Notes under the pieces: generated by a model
The model's input: only the letters and a program-made list of their open reading frames with translations
The model's database searches: none
What the model was told of the DNA's origin: nothing
Position numbers and translations under genes: made by a program
In this document: positions 1 through 13,397 of the stretch, one piece after another
How positions within the stretch are numbered: position 1 is the stretch's first letter
Layout: each line of letters opens with the position of its first letter
NCBI GenBank assembly: GCA_965235115.1
Contig: OZ249436.1
Location: 54,686,001-54,750,000, forward strand
DNA: 64,000 bases
DNA from: Laetmonice hystrix
Lineage: Eukaryota
Reading direction: 5' to 3'

Positions 1-2963
1 ATGAAGTCTATATGCCACCTGTCGAATCTGTCGACTACTGGCATTGGTTGTAGAGGGGCAGGATTAAAATGAAACCTTCGTTTTGCCATTTGACAGGGAT
101 TACATCCGCGTACATAGTTACTGACATCACGGTACATACCAGGCCAGTAGTACTTGAGTTTGATAGAATGGTATGTTCTATCCTGACCTTGATGAGCACC
201 GCCCATGAGACCATCATGATACTGTGCCAGTATGTTGGTTCTAAGGGATGTGGGAATTGCTAGCTGTTTTAGCATGCAGTCACCTCTCGGCATATTTCTC
301 GACCTTGGGTAGAATATATGGTAGAGATGACTCTGGTCCAGAACATACTGGTCACTTTCTAACAGAACTCTCTTTGCCAGTGCTTCCTCGTTTGGCAATT
401 CCCCACTTTCAAGGTATTTGTAAATGTTACCTAATTGTGGGCAGGATTTTTGTGATGCTGGCATATCGGCCAGATAGCTGGACTCATCTGCTGGGATACA
501 TGGTAAACAGTCTACTGGAGTACACTGTCCCACTGGTGGTTGTTGATCTGGGAGGTAATCAAATGTCGCCTCATAACACTCATTTTCGCTTTCAGTATCA
601 GGTTCTGGATCTGACTGCAGGGTGGGTAAGACATGTAACAAGTCTCCTGGAATTACATCATCAGGCGCTTCCACACCCTGATCCTTATCATAAGGACGTC
701 TGGATAGACCGTCAGCGTTGGTATTTGAGGTACCTTTTTTGTATACTATATTGTAATCATAGCCTTGTAGAGCCAACGCCCACCTTGCCAACTTGTTATT
801 TTGGTCTTTGATTGTTTTCAAGAATTGAAGCGCCCTGTGATCAGTGACCACTGTAAATGGGCGAGCCACAAGATAAGGGTGAAACACCTTAATTGCTTCA
901 ATGATTGCTAGGCACTCTAGCTGAGGAATACTGTACTTCAGCTCAGCACCTCTGAGTGCACGACCACCATACGAGACTGGGTGTTCCCTTCCGTCCTTCT
1001 TCTGACTGAGGATAAACCCAATGGCTGACAGGGAAGCATCCGTTGTTACGATGAAGCTTTCATTCATGTCTGGGAACGCCAATAGTGGTGGGTTAGTTAG
1101 TGCTGCTTTAATCTGTTTGAACGCACTGTCACATTTGGCTGTCCATTCGAACTCCACATTTTTGCACAGGAGTTTGGTGAGTGGGGTTGCTATGGTGCTG
1201 TAACTAGGAATGAATCGCCGGTAGTAGTTTGCTATGCCTAGAAATGAGCGCACCTGTTTTTGATTTTGGGGGGTGGGAAAGTTGTCAATCACCTTTGTTT
1301 TATCAGGGTCCGGTAGAACTCCTTTTGATGTGAGTACATGACCTAGGTAGTTCACAGAGTTAGCGCCAAATACACATTTTGCTGGCTTTGCCCGGAGGTT
1401 GGCACTCCTCAGGCGATCAAAAACTAAGGACAGATCCTTGATATGACTGTCTACGTCCCTGCTGAAACAGATTATATCGTCCATGAAGACTATCACTATT
1501 TTGTAGAGTAGACCACTGAACACTTTTGACATGAGTTTTTGAAATGAAATGGGTGCATTTCGCAGTCCGAAGGGCATGCGCTTCCACTGGTACTGTCCGG
1601 TCTGTGTGACAAAGGCGGTCTTCTCGCGACTGTCGCGAGCCATCGGCAATTGCCAGAATCCGGCGGCGAGATCTACGACGGAATAGATCGATGCTTTTGA
1701 CTCTCCGATAGCATCCCATATATCCTCCAACCGTGGAAGTGGAAAATTTTTGGGTTTGGTAACAGAATTTAAATGTCTGTAATCAACTGCGAACCTGAAT
1801 GAACCATCCTTTTTTCTAACTAACACTACTGGTGACGTCCATTCAGATGTGGAGGGCTCGATAAATCCCTGCTCCAACAGAGTACCGATCTGAGATTCAA
1901 TTTCTGCCCTCACCTTAGGAGACGCCCTATAAAATCTTTGTGCCTTAGGCGGCGCATCACCTGTATCTATATAGTGTTCCATGAGGCGGGTACAACCTAG
2001 CTGACTCATGTCCAGTGCAAAGACATCTGAATTGTCTGCAAGAAACCTCTCTAGGCGGTCCTTTTCCTCTGTAGATAAGTCAGGGTTTGTTACATTAAAG
2101 TGCTTAGTTTTATCTGGTTCATCAGTTTGTTGGCTGTCCTGAACAACTGGAAGAGCCTGAGCAGGTGACAACTGCCGTGCTATGTCTTCCTGACTGTCTT
2201 TAGTGATTGGAAGGACTTGAGCTGGGGACAACCGTCGTGCTATACCAACGGTACATCCTGATGGGAGAGTGACATGTTGTTTTGATTTGTTTACAACCCT
2301 GCATGTAATTACCCCTTTCTTATCTGATGGTTGCACTAGGGTGGGCACAATCTGACACTTCTTACCAGAGTCTGTGGTGGCTTGAGTGGGCTCAATCAAG
2401 ATATCCTCATCATATGACCTAGTAACTTTGACGTTAACACTTGAGACTGAATAAGGTGGAATCACATGAGTTATTACAGTTCTCACTAATGATGACTGTT
2501 GGGACAGAGGGCCTAACGGTAGTTTAGTGTCCTCTCCAAGAGACAAAGTATTGGTGGCAAAGTCAATCTGGGCTTTCTGTGGTTCCAGGAAATCCATTCC
2601 CAGGATGAGGGAGTGGTGACCGTCCAGAACGTGAAATGTGTGGCGGAATTGCTTGTTGTGGGCCACAAATGCAAGTTCTACCCCTGACATAACCCTATGT
2701 AGGTGGCCTCCTATACCTCGTACAGCCTGAAACTTAGGGGTAACCTTGGTAACATTTCTGGGGGGTATTTTGTTGAGGAGATATTGGGAGATACATGAGA
2801 TTGTTGCTCCTGTATCTATCAGGGCCTGAACGGGAACTGAACCAATTCTGATGTGGAGGGTATGGTCTATTGATGAGGAATCCTGGGTTTTAGTGTGAAG
2901 GTCAGCAGTCAGAACCTTATGTGTGTATTGCCCGTCCACAGTGTATTGGACAGGCGGACACCC
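1..2963 (-). CDS. pol: Gypsy pol polyprotein (aspartic protease, reverse transcriptase, RNase H, integrase N-terminus), open to the window edge
   Basis: Motifs read by hand: QALIDTGATISC (protease, ~2795-2828), IVIVFMDDIICFS (RT, ~1460-1500), FIVTTDAS and QLECLAII (RNase H), YHDG..GGAHQG..YYWPGM..C..CQ (integrase zinc finger) and APLQPMPVVDRFDRWHIDF (integrase core start, 3-60). The protease, RT and integrase-core motifs were checked to share one frame. The ORF track has no fragments in this frame, consistent with no internal stop. Confidence 0.93.
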
Positions 2964-4229
2964 CTATTTATGACGTCGGGGCTGCCACATGTTGCGGTTA
3001 CCATCTGGGTGCGGCTGGTCATGGGGTGGGTGGGTGTTGATCCTGGGGGGCTGGTGGCGGGCCGGGGGTCGGGTGGGAGGGGGTGGGTATTGGGTATCAG
3101 ACCTTTCCTGCCTACGCTTTGATAGGCAGACACTGGAAAAGTGGTTGCGTTTGTGGCAGTAATGACATGTAGTTCCAATAGCTGCACACTTACCTCCCCA
3201 GCAGTCTCTGCCACAATTCCTGCACAGCGATGATGATGCTGACTGCCACGACGATGACTGGCGGCCATGTTGTTGGGGTGACTGGACCACGTGGACCGGG
3301 GGTGCAGGTTCCGGTGCGCACAGGTTGAGGGAGGCCAGTTTTGATGTCAGGAGTTGGTCGATGGCTTGGAGAAGATCGGTCCCCAAGGCGGCGTTGACTG
3401 CTGCTGGTACCGCCTGGAGTGCCTCGCACTGCAGGAGGTCTGACGGCTTGGTTGGGCGGGCTTGCTTGAAGAAGGGCAGGAACTCCGGCCTGAGCCCTGA
3501 CTCAATGACTCGGAGGAGAGCGGCATCACTGAGGTCAAGTCCCTGCGCCTTTGATGTGACCGCGTTGATGAAATCCACTGCTGACTGAAGCCGCTTTCAC
3601 ATGCATACGGTTTGCGGCGTGCGGCATGCGGCGTGCGTTTTTGTTAATAATGTAGCAAATGTAAATCGCCGCACACCGCAAACCGGGGGGCATGTGAACG
3701 GTTATTTCTATTTTCAGTTGTTCCATTTCTGCAAAAACGCACGCCGCATGCCGCACGCCGCACACCGTATGCATGTGAAAGCGGCTTGACCCGGCAACTG
3801 ACTCATGTTTGCCAGTTCCTTTTGTTGTTGGCCCAAGTTGGGCCTCCTGGGACCTGTAACCCAGTAGTTAGTGAATTCCGTCTTGAAAGCATTGAAGCTG
3901 GCACGTTGTGGTTGCGTCAAAGTTTTATACCACACTTTTGCGTCACCAGCAATGACAAACCGTAGAAGAGATGCTGATTGTGTGTCATTGAATTTCTTGA
4001 GGTCGGCATATGCTTGAATATCCTCTAGCCACGTTGATGGGCAGCCGGCGCCATCAAACTTGTCGGGTTGGATGTCCATCTTGGTGGCTATGTCGTCATC
4101 CTCCGTGGTATGACACACACCACTTCCAGGAACTGTGGCCAATATGGCGCCCTTTGATCGGGTTGCCCGTGCTGGACCACTTACAGTTTTTAAAGTGTGT
4201 GAACGTGGCATAGATGGCAAATCCGACAA
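2964..4229 (-). CDS. gag: Gypsy gag with a C-terminal double Cys/His knuckle, interrupted by a MITE at 3589-3786
   Basis: ORFs 3714-4229 and 2964-3578 share a frame. Removing the MITE and one TGA duplication restores ...ELANMSQLPGQSAVDFINAV... The N-terminus has a gag-like PDKFDG..WL motif and the C-terminus has CRNCG..C..CHYCHKRNHFSSVC. Confidence 0.88.
3589..3786. mobile_element. 198-bp MITE with long TIRs and a 3-bp TSD (PIF/Harbinger-like), inserted in gag
   Basis: Termini AGCCGCTTTCACATGCATACGG...CCGTATGCATGTGAAAGCGGCT, flanked by TGA at 3586-3588 and 3787-3789. Confidence 0.92.
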
Positions 4230-5367
4230 AGTTTAGACCTTTGATGCACCGACCAAATATATTGAACTGTCTCTGATGAATTTGGTAAATGTTGAGAAGA
4301 GATTAAATGGTAGCGTCACCCACGTGGTTACAAAATCTGGGCATCGCTTTGCTGAAACTACAGCAAGTCCGGGTTCTCACACCATCTGTCGTAATCGGGT
4401 TCTGGGGTATCAACCACAACTACGAAATTGGGGAGCAGATGATGGTAAAACTTTAATGACATTATAAACAAGTCAACTGTTGAGCAAGTGGCGATAGCCA
4501 CGAATGACAAAATGTACCTGGTGAAGTGACCACGTGGGGAGATATAAATTGGTCGGGTGAAGGGGTGAGCACAGACTCACCACGCACAGTTGTATATAGT
4601 CCTCAGTCCTGACTCCATGAATATAACACACACAATCCTTGATCCATTGATATATCCGTGAAGGAATGATGCACAAGTGTCCGTATATTATAGAAATGAC
4701 CAATAAGGTGAACTGTCCGGGGCCGTGACGTTGTGTCGGCGTTGGGACTAGGTGATGGCCGTTGAGAGAGAGAGAGAGGGGGGTCACCCAGGGGTTATAT
4801 ACCCCTGGTGACGTCACCGTTGTTAATCCCGCCAAGTAAAACAATTGGCTGATAAGGTCACGTGGGTCAAGGGGTTACATTAAGGGGTGATGGATCCATA
4901 CAAATGGAGCTGGTATGATAAATCTAGCTCAACAGTAAAAACATATGTGTGTGAATATAATATAGGTTTGTAGAGAGATGTACATGTAGTTGCATAACAA
5001 ACAGATTAATGATAAATTGTTAAGTAGTGTCCTGAGGACAGTACGATAGTTCTATACAAATAATCAGCCAGAATTATTCCATCACAAGGTTTCCAAAAAT
5101 GCCTTTCTTTTAACAATATTCTTCATAGTTATCCACACAGTGAGATTTGTTTAAAAATTTAAATTGAAAATTTTGACAGTGATGAATATAACATTGAATG
5201 ACGTTAAAATAGCATATACTTGCCTCTAGGCCTATCACAACACGCTGCTTGGGCCACTTGGCACCCTAGGCCTAACCTTTACCCTAACCAAAACACATTG
5301 TTTCGTGTCGGTAATTAGTCAAACTAATTTATTTATTCTGCTGTCTGATGGCAGAATAACCACTGTG

Positions 5368-5617
5368 GTCGGGTGGGTATTTGGGGTTTTACGCCTTGCA
5401 ACAGCCAGAGTCATATCACGGCGGTGAAGATGATTTTTCTTAGTGGAGGAAACCGGAGTGCCCGGAGGAAACCACCGACCTTCGGGAAGGAACTGACTGA
5501 CAAACCTTTCACACATGCAGCCCTGGCTGGGGATCGAACCCGGACCGCAGCGGTGTGAGGCGATGGTCCTAGGTGTCATGAGCCAGCACCTTTGACCACT
5601 CGGCCACCCGAGGCCCC
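5368..5617 (-). mobile_element. Full-length tRNA-derived SINE with a V-domain-like core
   Basis: Minus strand has A box GTGGCCGAGTGG, B box GGTTCGATCCC and core GGTTTCCTCCGGGCACTCCGGTTTCCTCCAC. A 14-bp TSD GAATAACCACTGTG sits at 5354-5367 and 5618-5631. Confidence 0.9.
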
Positions 5618-7474
5618 GAATAACCACTGTGTAATTATTAGGCAAATTTATTATTAGGCACCACTCAAAATATTGAGGGGGCTTAAGCCCCCTAGCCCCC
5701 CCTTGAATTACGGCCCTGACTATTATGAAATTCAAAACCCCCCAAGATGGCCCGATGCGCCACTGTGTCACTATCATGTGACTATGTCTTCGAGACTCAA
5801 GTATGTACAAGGCTCGAAATATGTTTTGAGGGGCCTGGAGCAATTATTTTGCTATTCATTGTGTGTTAGGAGCAATTTTTAAAATTTGATTTGCAATTTG
5901 ATTGCAAGCCTTGATTTTAAAATTTGAAGCTAGTTTTTTATGCCCTAAACTATGGATTCACTCATTTGATACAGCTAGGCCAAGGGTCTAGACCAAAATA
6001 GAACTAGGCCCAACGACTCCAGTGTATCTGAACTATATTTATTAGCTGTTCAATGCCTTGTGAGAAAGGTTACATGTGAGCCCATGGGGATGCGGGCATG
6101 TGGCAGGACCTTTCAGTTTCACAGACACCTGCAGCTGGTGATTTGCAATTTTGCTCTCCATGAGTTAGTTAATGTATCGCAAAACGTGAATTTTGGATTG
6201 CAAACTGAGATGTGATACCGCTTATTTTGAGCCGTGATGTAATGTTATTCTAGGTTCTACTTAGTTTGATGTTATAAAGTCAGATCACGATTGATCACAT
6301 TATTAATAGGCAGTGCATATTTAGCCGGCAATGGCTAAACAGATGATCTTAGTTTGACTAATTTCTGAATCCAAACAAATTGCTTGCATTAGGGTAAGGT
6401 CAGGCATTGTGGCAGGCCTTGCGTTAATGGGCAACAGAGTGTCACAAAACTTTTACAATTAACTAAAGTAACTTAGTAAGGTTGATGCAACGTTGATGCA
6501 AAAAAACACTCAGTCTCAAATGCTTGCATCACTGCTCTCCCACTATGCGTCAGGGTTTGTGTCGGGTTTGCATCGGGTCTGCGTTGCTTTCGTTGACCCA
6601 ACCAATTTTGGACATGTCCAAAACTTTGCACGGCATTTGCGACCCTGCCTATGGGCAGTCGACGTAAGGCCAAAAACTCATAATGGGTGCCTTGAGTGTT
6701 GATAAACTGCAGACATAGAAGTCTTATATTAGATTTTTGAAAGATTTGGAAATTTGCGGACATGTGTGCTTGGTAGTTGTGTGGTTTACTGTAAGTTACT
6801 AAGCGTTTAACTGTACACAAGTTCAACAAAGCCGCCAAACAAAGGAATATATGTGGGTTCCAAGTGTTTGCAATGCATACTAACAAGAATTTTCCCCAAG
6901 TCTCCCTTTGAACTAATAGTAGTCTTAAAGTGAAGTGGCTGTTGTGGACCCCTGGCCAACATACATAACTGATTCAGGATAAGGTCATTTTGTAGTAAGA
7001 GGGTCAGTGGGTTCAGTGAAGTACCGGGAGTTCGACCAGTGTGTTGTCAGGGCTGACTGGTTAGCAGAATAATGTACATGTACATGTTTACATAAATTTA
7101 TAGATACCAGTAGGTACTACTGGTCTTGTTGTGAGGGGAACAGAAGGTGGGGAATCTATGCCTGATGGTTTTTAGGGCAGGGACATGTGAAATTCAGGCC
7201 GCCTTACACAAGTGGTTTCTGGTGTCCCAGTCTCAGGCTGCACGTTGTCCACTAAAGATTGATGGTCTATGAGCTGATATTTTAAGCTGAGGGCAGCGTA
7301 GTCCATACCAAATTTTGGTCATGGTTACACATATATGACCGGCAGCATAAGAAGTAGACATTATGAATCTACACAAGTGAACAGATGAGACGTGCACTCA
7401 GCTGTAAGGCATACAGCAGGTATTCCTCACTGAATGATTTTGTTCTACCTGAGTGATTGTCACATTCTGATAAC

Positions 7475-7845
7475 CAACGTACAGACTCTCCAGTATCCAG
7501 ACTTCAATAATTGCACCGACTTAGATAAACTGAAGGTGTTAATGTCCAAAGATGTAGTAAAATTTACAGCCAAATTTATTGAAGTGGCCTATTTGAAAAG
7601 AAGAAATGCCTTACTTAGGTAGTGACCAATGATGTCACCAATCCCTCAGCCTCTCAATGATTACATCTAAGAGGCCCCTATTTTATAAACGACATGTAGT
7701 TGTATTTAGGATTTAAAAGTGACTTGTAAGCCCAAGAGTGCTGGGTGTGAGTGCCTACAATGAATGGTAAATTTGCTCTAGATAGTATTTATTTTGTGGA
7801 ACATGCACACGTCACTGATAATAAAGGTTATATCTATCTATCTAT
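7475..7845 (+). mobile_element. 5'-truncated non-LTR retrotransposon 3' end
   Basis: C-terminal peptide ...DKLKVLMSKDVVKFTAKFIEVAYLKRR* resembles a LINE ORF2 tail and is followed by a UTR ending AATAAA...(TATC)n. Confidence 0.55.
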
Positions 7846-8570
7846 TATAAGTAAAAAAAAAGAAGGAAATATCTGCATGGCTGTTATCTCATAATTTTAG
7901 ATATTGAGTTATTTGAGTTATTTTAACATTTTATAATACCCGGTACCTAATTTTGACTAGGCCTAATGATATTTCATCAAAGGTTGGGCAAATCAGAGGT
8001 TTTGCAGCATCATTCAGCTGTCGGCTTACCTTTTTGTGTGAATCTGATTGAGGGGTTGATAAAAGATAAGGACTCAAATAATAGAAGAATGCCTGGCCCA
8101 GGGCCAAGGTGCTCCGAGATTATCACCTCTACTGGCACGACTAAGTACAATGTCATAGTCCTACATTGTACTTGGTCCCACAGGTTATCCAGGATGTACT
8201 TTCTGATGGGCCAACTTTCGTCCATTCTCCATCGTCTCTGCCAGTCGGGTTCCTACATCCCTAAAGCAACCTTTGGGTCAGTTCTTGTGACGAAATTGGC
8301 ATTAATTACAGGGTTTCTAAGATTAAATATATTCCTTTTCGATCTAGTGGGCTAGTTAACGTGTGCTGTTACATTTCCCCCTCCATTTGTCTTTACGATG
8401 ACTGGCGCGATATGTAATTAATTTTAGTCTCTCGTTTTTCTTCAGAACTTGCTCATCACGAAGAGTTGCAGACACAGGTTAGCAGGCCTGAGGTCAGCCA
8501 TCATGACGTCGACTTAGGGTTGGTGCCTTGTGTTGGTAGACCCGATGTCATCCTTCAGACCATTGGACAA

Positions 8571-11496
8571 ATGGACTGTGCCGATAAACACCGCGGGATG
8601 GCATACATTGATGACAGGGATAAGGACGGGGATGTATTTTCCACATCAAATGTCTTCACTGACACGGGGCACCTGCTCGACCCTCGCCATGAACCAAGAC
8701 CGAGGAAATCACGCTTCAAGGGTTTCATGGCAGCTTTAATGTACGGGACCTTCTCAGCTGGCATGGCCTTTGCAAACAAAGCCATCCTCAGTTTCTACCA
8801 CTTTAACTTTTCGTACTTCTTGATGTTCTGTCAGATGATGTTTACAATCATTGCCCTTGAATCCATGCGGAATCTGGGTTTGATAAAGCTGCCAAGGTAC
8901 ACTTTTGAAAGGGGGCGGACATTGCTCATCCCTAGCATGTTGTATGCCATCTATTCAGTGCTTGCGCTCAGCTCCCTGGCGCGGATGAACATTGCCATGT
9001 ATGATGTCATAAAGCGGTGTGGACCTCTCGCCACCTTGTTGGTCAGTTGGTTGGTACTGAAGACAGATAGACCAACAACGTCTGTGTCTGCGTCTGTCAT
9101 CATGATCACTCTTGGCTGTATTATTGCAGGTGAGACTTACCGAATTATACAATGCAACATGCACAGAACCACGACCAGTCAGATGGTTGAACTCTCTGCT
9201 GTAGAAATGGAATGATTCACAGTAGAAATGGTGTACCTATCTATACACATGTACAATATTATAATCGAGAAAAGTCACATCTTTGTAAGACTTTATCTCG
9301 ACTATTGCTGCCAAAACAGAAATCTCCTGCTTGCCACTGTCAAGAAGACTGACTAATGAGAAATATGTTAATGGTTTCGCCTGTGTTGCATAATCAGGAG
9401 AGGGTTGTTTATTGTGACATCTCAAGGGGGAGGGGGGGGGGCACCTGAGCTATTATGTTTGTGGTTTCGCCTCGATGGCTCACCATATCAAATATACGTG
9501 ATTTGTGACCCCGGCCCCCGGACGGATGGTTTCCTGGAAGATCCCCTCCCAACCCCAAAGATCAATCGCCGATGGCAGAAACCCATTAGAAAAGGCCTTT
9601 AAAACAACACTCTATAGTGTTAATGTCGCAAATTTTGTGCAGTGACAATCTTTGAGAAAAACTTCATCCCTTCAAGGAGAGCATAATCATACACTTGAAC
9701 CCCAATTCGAAAAAAATCTGGGACAAAAATTTTTTCCTTCTCTATATAGCTAGCAAAGTACCGGTCCTGTGGACGGTAATTGAGGGAGTTATGAGGAAAG
9801 GAAGCCTTGGTCCTGGAGAAAATATTGAGGCCAGATTTTGCTCGTTTTTGGCTGCTGATTCCTATAGAATCTAATCTCCTTGATCTCCCTGCCTCTGGAA
9901 CACTCCTGACTCGACCCCAGGCCCCCCTGACTCCCCACCCCGGGCTCTCCCTAACTCGACCCCACCCTAGGCCCCCCCTGACTCCCTGCCCTAGACCCCC
10001 CCCCCCCCTCCGACTCCCCGCCTACCTGCATTTTCTCATTTCAAGCCTGTCCAGTGACCATATTTCCCAGTGAGACACAGTTCAGACATTTCAAAACCAC
10101 CGCATCCATTCTTGGACGGGTAGGCCTACGTTGCTAGTAAAAGCTGGGAAAGAAACCACAATATGCAGGACTTTATACTATTAAGCCATTCACGACAACA
10201 TACACGTCCCCTCACGAATCTAGTCGCCGTAATGATTTATTTACACAAATATTACAGCCACATATATTACAGCCACATCTCCATGTAGACCTAGCGGCTC
10301 TCGTTCTTGCCAATTGGATATTCACCTCCCATACCTCTGACCAAGACCGACTTGTATCCCTATGCAGCACCACCGCTTTGTGTATGCATAGGTATACCGT
10401 AAAGTTACAGCATGCTTGTACAACATCAAGATGTGGAAATGGAAAAAACGGAATTTTCTATTGTTTGAGCAGAAATAAGACCGGAATTTCCTGGCAACGA
10501 TCACTAAATTTGACAGGCTATATAATGTGTACTGCTTTAATCACAGGCGTTGAAAGGATTGCAAACAGGGAAAAAGGCTTTCAAGAATTTTTCTGAAGTT
10601 AGGAAATTCGGGGGGGGGGGGGGGCGGATCTTGCACTCTACGTCTATGGCCTTATAAAAGACAATAATGAGATAACTGATAGTTGATTTACTGTAATTGA
10701 AAGTGGAAAAAAGCTTGATATTCATCTGCAGACTATCTCTTACTGTCATCATGTTTTTGGTGAACCATCAAGCAGTGTGAGTAGTGCATGTATATAAATA
10801 GTTCTGTGAATAATATTTTTATTATCGTTTTTCTTTTTTGTTTTGGTTCATTTGATGTAAGTAATACATATATTAAGAGAACAAGTAACACTATGCAATA
10901 AACTTGGATATTTTAACATTTATTCATTGAAAAAAAAATAAATCGAGCTTCCTACGTTTTCTTACACAGGTTACGGAGATTTGACCTTTGACCTGACGGC
11001 GTACACCCATGGAGCTGTCAGCGACTTCGCCCAGGCTCTCAGCCTCGTCATGATCCAACGAATCACAGATACGAAGTGTATGTCAGCCATTGAGACACTG
11101 CACCTGAACAGTGTTAACGCAGTGCCATTGCTTTTCATCTGCAGTGCCATCTCAGGGGAATTTGGTCGGGCTGGACAACAGTTCAGCAGGCAGGATCTGA
11201 AGTTCATGTTCATTTTCTTTATCGTCATAAGTTCCGGATGCCTTTTAAATTTCTTTCTTTTTCTTTGTACAGCACTGAACTCAGCTCTGACCACGAGTGT
11301 GGTGGGAACAGTCAAGTCCATAGTGCAGACTGTTGTCGGGACTTGGACGTTTGGTGGGTTTAGTGTGAATATTTTTACAATAACAGGAGTATCAATAAAT
11401 TTGTTTGGGACACTACTCTATAGCTTTGCTAAATGGATAGAAACAATGCGGAGACGAAGGGTAAGTTCTAACAAGGAAGGAGCTCATGATATATGA
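8571..11496 (+). CDS. SLC35D-family nucleotide-sugar transporter, paralogue A (2 coding exons)
   Basis: Exon 8446-9129 (acceptor TTCAG, ATG at 8571, donor GTGAGA) and exon 10970-11496 (acceptor ACACAG) join as CIIAG|YGDLTFD. Motifs YG..S..M.F.NK, NIAMY..KR and LCT.LNSALTTSVVG..K are present, with about 10 hydrophobic segments. The start codon is uncertain. Confidence 0.9.
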
Positions 11497-13397
11497 CGAA
11501 AAAGTAATGTTTTTTTTCTCACAGGTAAATTCATATGCATATCAACATGTATGGTGACGACGTATTAGTTACATGTATTGTGTAACTGTTACAGATCGTA
11601 AGTCGCTCTTTCTGATCACTGGATCTATCATATTACATGTATACTCATAGGTAGACAAACATTCCGAGGTATTTGGATAACTTAGTCAGAAAGTATATTT
11701 TTCTTTGGTGTGATTGATGGATTTAAGAGATTTTGCAAGGCCAGACGCAGAGGATAAGTAGGCCTGATTTCCTGGACCATAAGAAGCTTTTTTGAAGCCT
11801 TTTTGGGTTACTTTTTACCCCAAAATTCCTTACATAACTTAATTACAATTCTTTCAGATATTTACAATATACCACTGAGGAAGATTGCTACAAGATAAAC
11901 TCAAACAGTAACAGAAACGTTTGGTTAAACATTCTATTGTATCATTTGAACGTTGCCAGATTGGTTTAGTAAAAGTCGTTTTGGGAATATCGTTTGGAAG
12001 GTGACCAGGGAGGAGCATTGCTAAGGAATGGTATGGTTTATGCATTGGGTAAAACCGTTATTAGTAAAATGGGTGAGCATGCTAAAATGTGTGTATTGGT
12101 ATTTCTTGTGTGGAAAATAATCCTTAAGAAATATAGAGCCAAAGTTGACTGCAAGCTCCCAGATGATTATGGAAACTGCTTAATTATGGTAGAGATGCGT
12201 ACTGAATTATGTTTGGGCATAATTCTGTTAGGAATTTGAAATACGATGTTATATTTGCGGTATCCAGGACTGGGACAAACTGTACTGAAGTGTATTTAAC
12301 TACGTATTACTAATATTATGATGCCATTCGTATTTAAATTTAAATCTGTTTACTTTTGCAATTCTTTTGAACTATAGTCATGAATGTTGCAATCGTATAT
12401 CATATATACATTTGTACATGTATATCTGTACACATTTGGGGGGGGGGGGGGGTTTACAGGCCTATGGGGGGGGGGGGGGGGTTACAGGCCTATTTTTATC
12501 GTATAAGCATAAAGAAATCTACCACTGTAATCGGTAAACATTTCAACTCTGGCAACCAGCAAGGCTTGTCTGATGTTGAAATCCATATCGTAGATTTCAT
12601 CCATGCCCATTCTGCAGCGATCTACGTGATCTGATTTTACCTGCATGCACACTATTGCCCCCACAGGAATGGACACAATGTTTTAACCATTATTTATAGA
12701 CGCTAGGAAACTTGTAGCCACGTGAAATATTTGTTTACTTTACTCCTGAGTTACGATCTCCTGCCATATCTCAATCTGACAGTCCGGCCACACTTGTGCA
12801 GGATTGCCACATAATCTATCAACCCTTCCACCTTTGTGGATTGTTTCCTTCATTACTTGGTTTCCAAATTCCTGTGTGGGTACTGTAGGGATTTTTTTCT
12901 TTTATATGATGCCTGAAGAGACACAAGTCGAGACCGTGTTTGCAGATACCTTATCAACTCGCTAGGTTACATATTCACTCATTGTCACAAGTGACCACCT
13001 GTTCTTCACAAAGCAACCATTCTGTTTACGATATCACGCATTCCCAGAACGAATGTCACCTGGATCCATGGCGTTGTTGATACCTTAACTATACATAGCC
13101 GTTCCAATCCGGTAACGGCTTACTCCCACGGTAGCATAGAAAGAAAAAAAACGCTTGAGGCACGTCTTAACGATTTCAATCTGTGCGTTATCAGTATGTC
13201 AAAAGGAATGCCTTGCATATAAAAGCTGTGATATATATATACACGTATATACTAAAACAGTGGGATAAAGAAAGAAATACACGACTGTTGAGGGAATGGA
13301 TCCATGGAAACCGTTTTCAGGTTCAACCATGACCTCTACAGATATTTTGTTGATATGACATTATTAGTTGCTCGGACTTCAACCAGAGAATAGGTAG

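Larger units (their letters stand above)
1..5086 (-). mobile_element. Ty3/Gypsy LTR retrotransposon (5' LTR-gag-pol), truncated by the left window edge
   Basis: Minus-strand domain order is gag, protease, RT, RNase H, integrase, which is the Ty3/Gypsy order. Candidate 5' LTR at about 4263-5086 reads TGTGATGG...GTTCA on the minus strand and is followed by ATATATTTGGTCGG (possible PBS). The LTR limits are tentative because the partner LTR lies outside the window. Confidence 0.93.

Noticed and set aside
248..1719. ORFs 248-811, 1021-1203 and 1417-1719
   Set aside because: They are antisense or off-frame shadows of pol.
5319..5843. 174-aa ORF and tRNA-like sequence
   Set aside because: It spans a SINE with a TSD, so it is neither a protein gene nor a true tRNA.
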